DNA of 59,795 nt, filler included, from Sphacelaria rigidula (Eukaryota), in the NCBI GenBank assembly GCA_964200075.2. It is 10 parts of 10 records of this genome, joined end to end, with 100 filler letters (N's around TTAATTAATTAA, not from the genome) between each part and the next. Parts side by side here need not be neighbours in the genome. Positions count along the whole stretch, not along the records: positions 53,907 to 59,795 come from CAXNAA020023707.1; 9 more parts are not named here. One strand, given 5' to 3'. Of the stretch, positions 59,150 to 59,795 are shown one piece after another; position 1 is the first letter of the stretch, and every line of letters starts with the position of its first letter. The translations under genes were made by a program, and so were the position numbers. The notes below the pieces were generated by a model. That model did no database searches. It had not been told where the DNA came from and saw only the letters and a program-made list of their open reading frames with translations.

Positions 59150-59270
59150 CGGCGATTTGAGCTCTGGCAACGCACACTTTGCCTATGGAACACTCTGCAC
59201 CCCCTTGCCCGAGGGTTCTCCGTATGCCTTGGTCGGGGTTAGGGTTAGGGTTAGGGTTAGTGTCAGGGCT
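59150..59270 (+). repeat. TTAGGG-bearing interspersed repeat, intronic
   Basis: Homologue of 30421-30510 with about three gggtta units. Confidence 0.8.
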
Positions 59271-59326
59271 GGCGGCATCTCCATAGTACCAACCATTGTT
59301 TAGGTACAAATCCTCAGATCGCCTCC

Positions 59327-59327
<1 letters not shown>

Positions 59328-59380
<53 letters not shown>
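59328..59380. repeat. (CA)n microsatellite
   Basis: Directly visible. Confidence 0.95.
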
Positions 59381-59382
<2 letters not shown>

Positions 59383-59596
59383 TTTCTTGTTGTTCTTGTT
59401 CCTCTCGTTGGTTGTTCGGTCGGTCGGTTGGTTGGTGGGTTGGAAACTGAAGGCGCCAACGGCTTTCGACAAGCAAAAAACATAATTTGTGGTCGACAAT
59501 GCGTCTCCATCGCCCGCCATTGTGCTATGTTTGTACAGTTACCTGCTTCCTTTGTCGCCCGTCGTGTTCTTGCGCCCCCATATTATTATCTCGCAG

Positions 59597-59693
59597 TTCG
59601 TCATCGTGGCTAGCTTGGATCACACCGACGTAAATCTGCCGAACGAGGAGCGGATCGCACTGGCTATTAAACGCTGTGGAGTGTCGGTGACAT
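59597..59693 (+). CDS. Patched/NPC1-like protein, exon f
   Basis: cag|FVIVASLDHTDVNLPNEERIALAIKRCGVSVT t|gt, continuing directly from DDM. Not in the ORF track. Confidence 0.92.
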
Positions 59694-59795
59694 GTGAGGA
59701 GGGGGAGGGGGGGGGGGGGGGGGGGGGGTCTTTTGTTTTTGTTTTCTTTTTGTTTTGTCAAACGCAACCCCACCCCCTTTGGCGGGGGGGGGGGG

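Noticed and set aside
59236..59260. Chromosome end (telomere)
   Set aside because: Only about three units, inside an intronic dispersed repeat.
1..59795. Endogenous giant virus or bacterial contamination
   Set aside because: No NCLDV core genes, operons or gene-dense intronless segments recognised.

Overview
This window is not one locus. It is ten unrelated, size-sorted small scaffolds (five of 5890 bp, then five of 5889 bp) joined by identical 100-bp N44-TTAATTAATTAA-N44 linkers, so adjacency across linkers means nothing. The source is eukaryotic and most likely a brown alga (inferred from tiny GT-AG exons in long introns, an ASAFAP-type plastid presequence and the repeat types). Host genes appear only as fragments: one RPN8/PSMD7 exon, the first PSMA6 exon, a plastid-targeted first exon, four small exons of an unknown minus-strand gene, six exons of a Patched/NPC1-type sterol-sensing protein, and a probable ankyrin-family terminal exon. 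The rest is mobile DNA: an open CoDi-like Ty1/copia gag-pol, three Ty3/gypsy remnants, a TRIM, tRNA-derived SINEs, LINE 3' ends, a pogo-type transposase pseudogene and several MITE/foldback families. The strongest lead is the copia element. It has no obvious tRNA primer site; instead the 16 nt after its LTR are the exact reverse complement of 16 nt inside the LTR, the geometry of Tf1-type self-priming. Other leads are a TRIM carrying a tRNA-like module, a MITE group with 4-bp target duplications (Sola-like), and LINE ends abutting oligo(C). All alignments and counts were done by eye.
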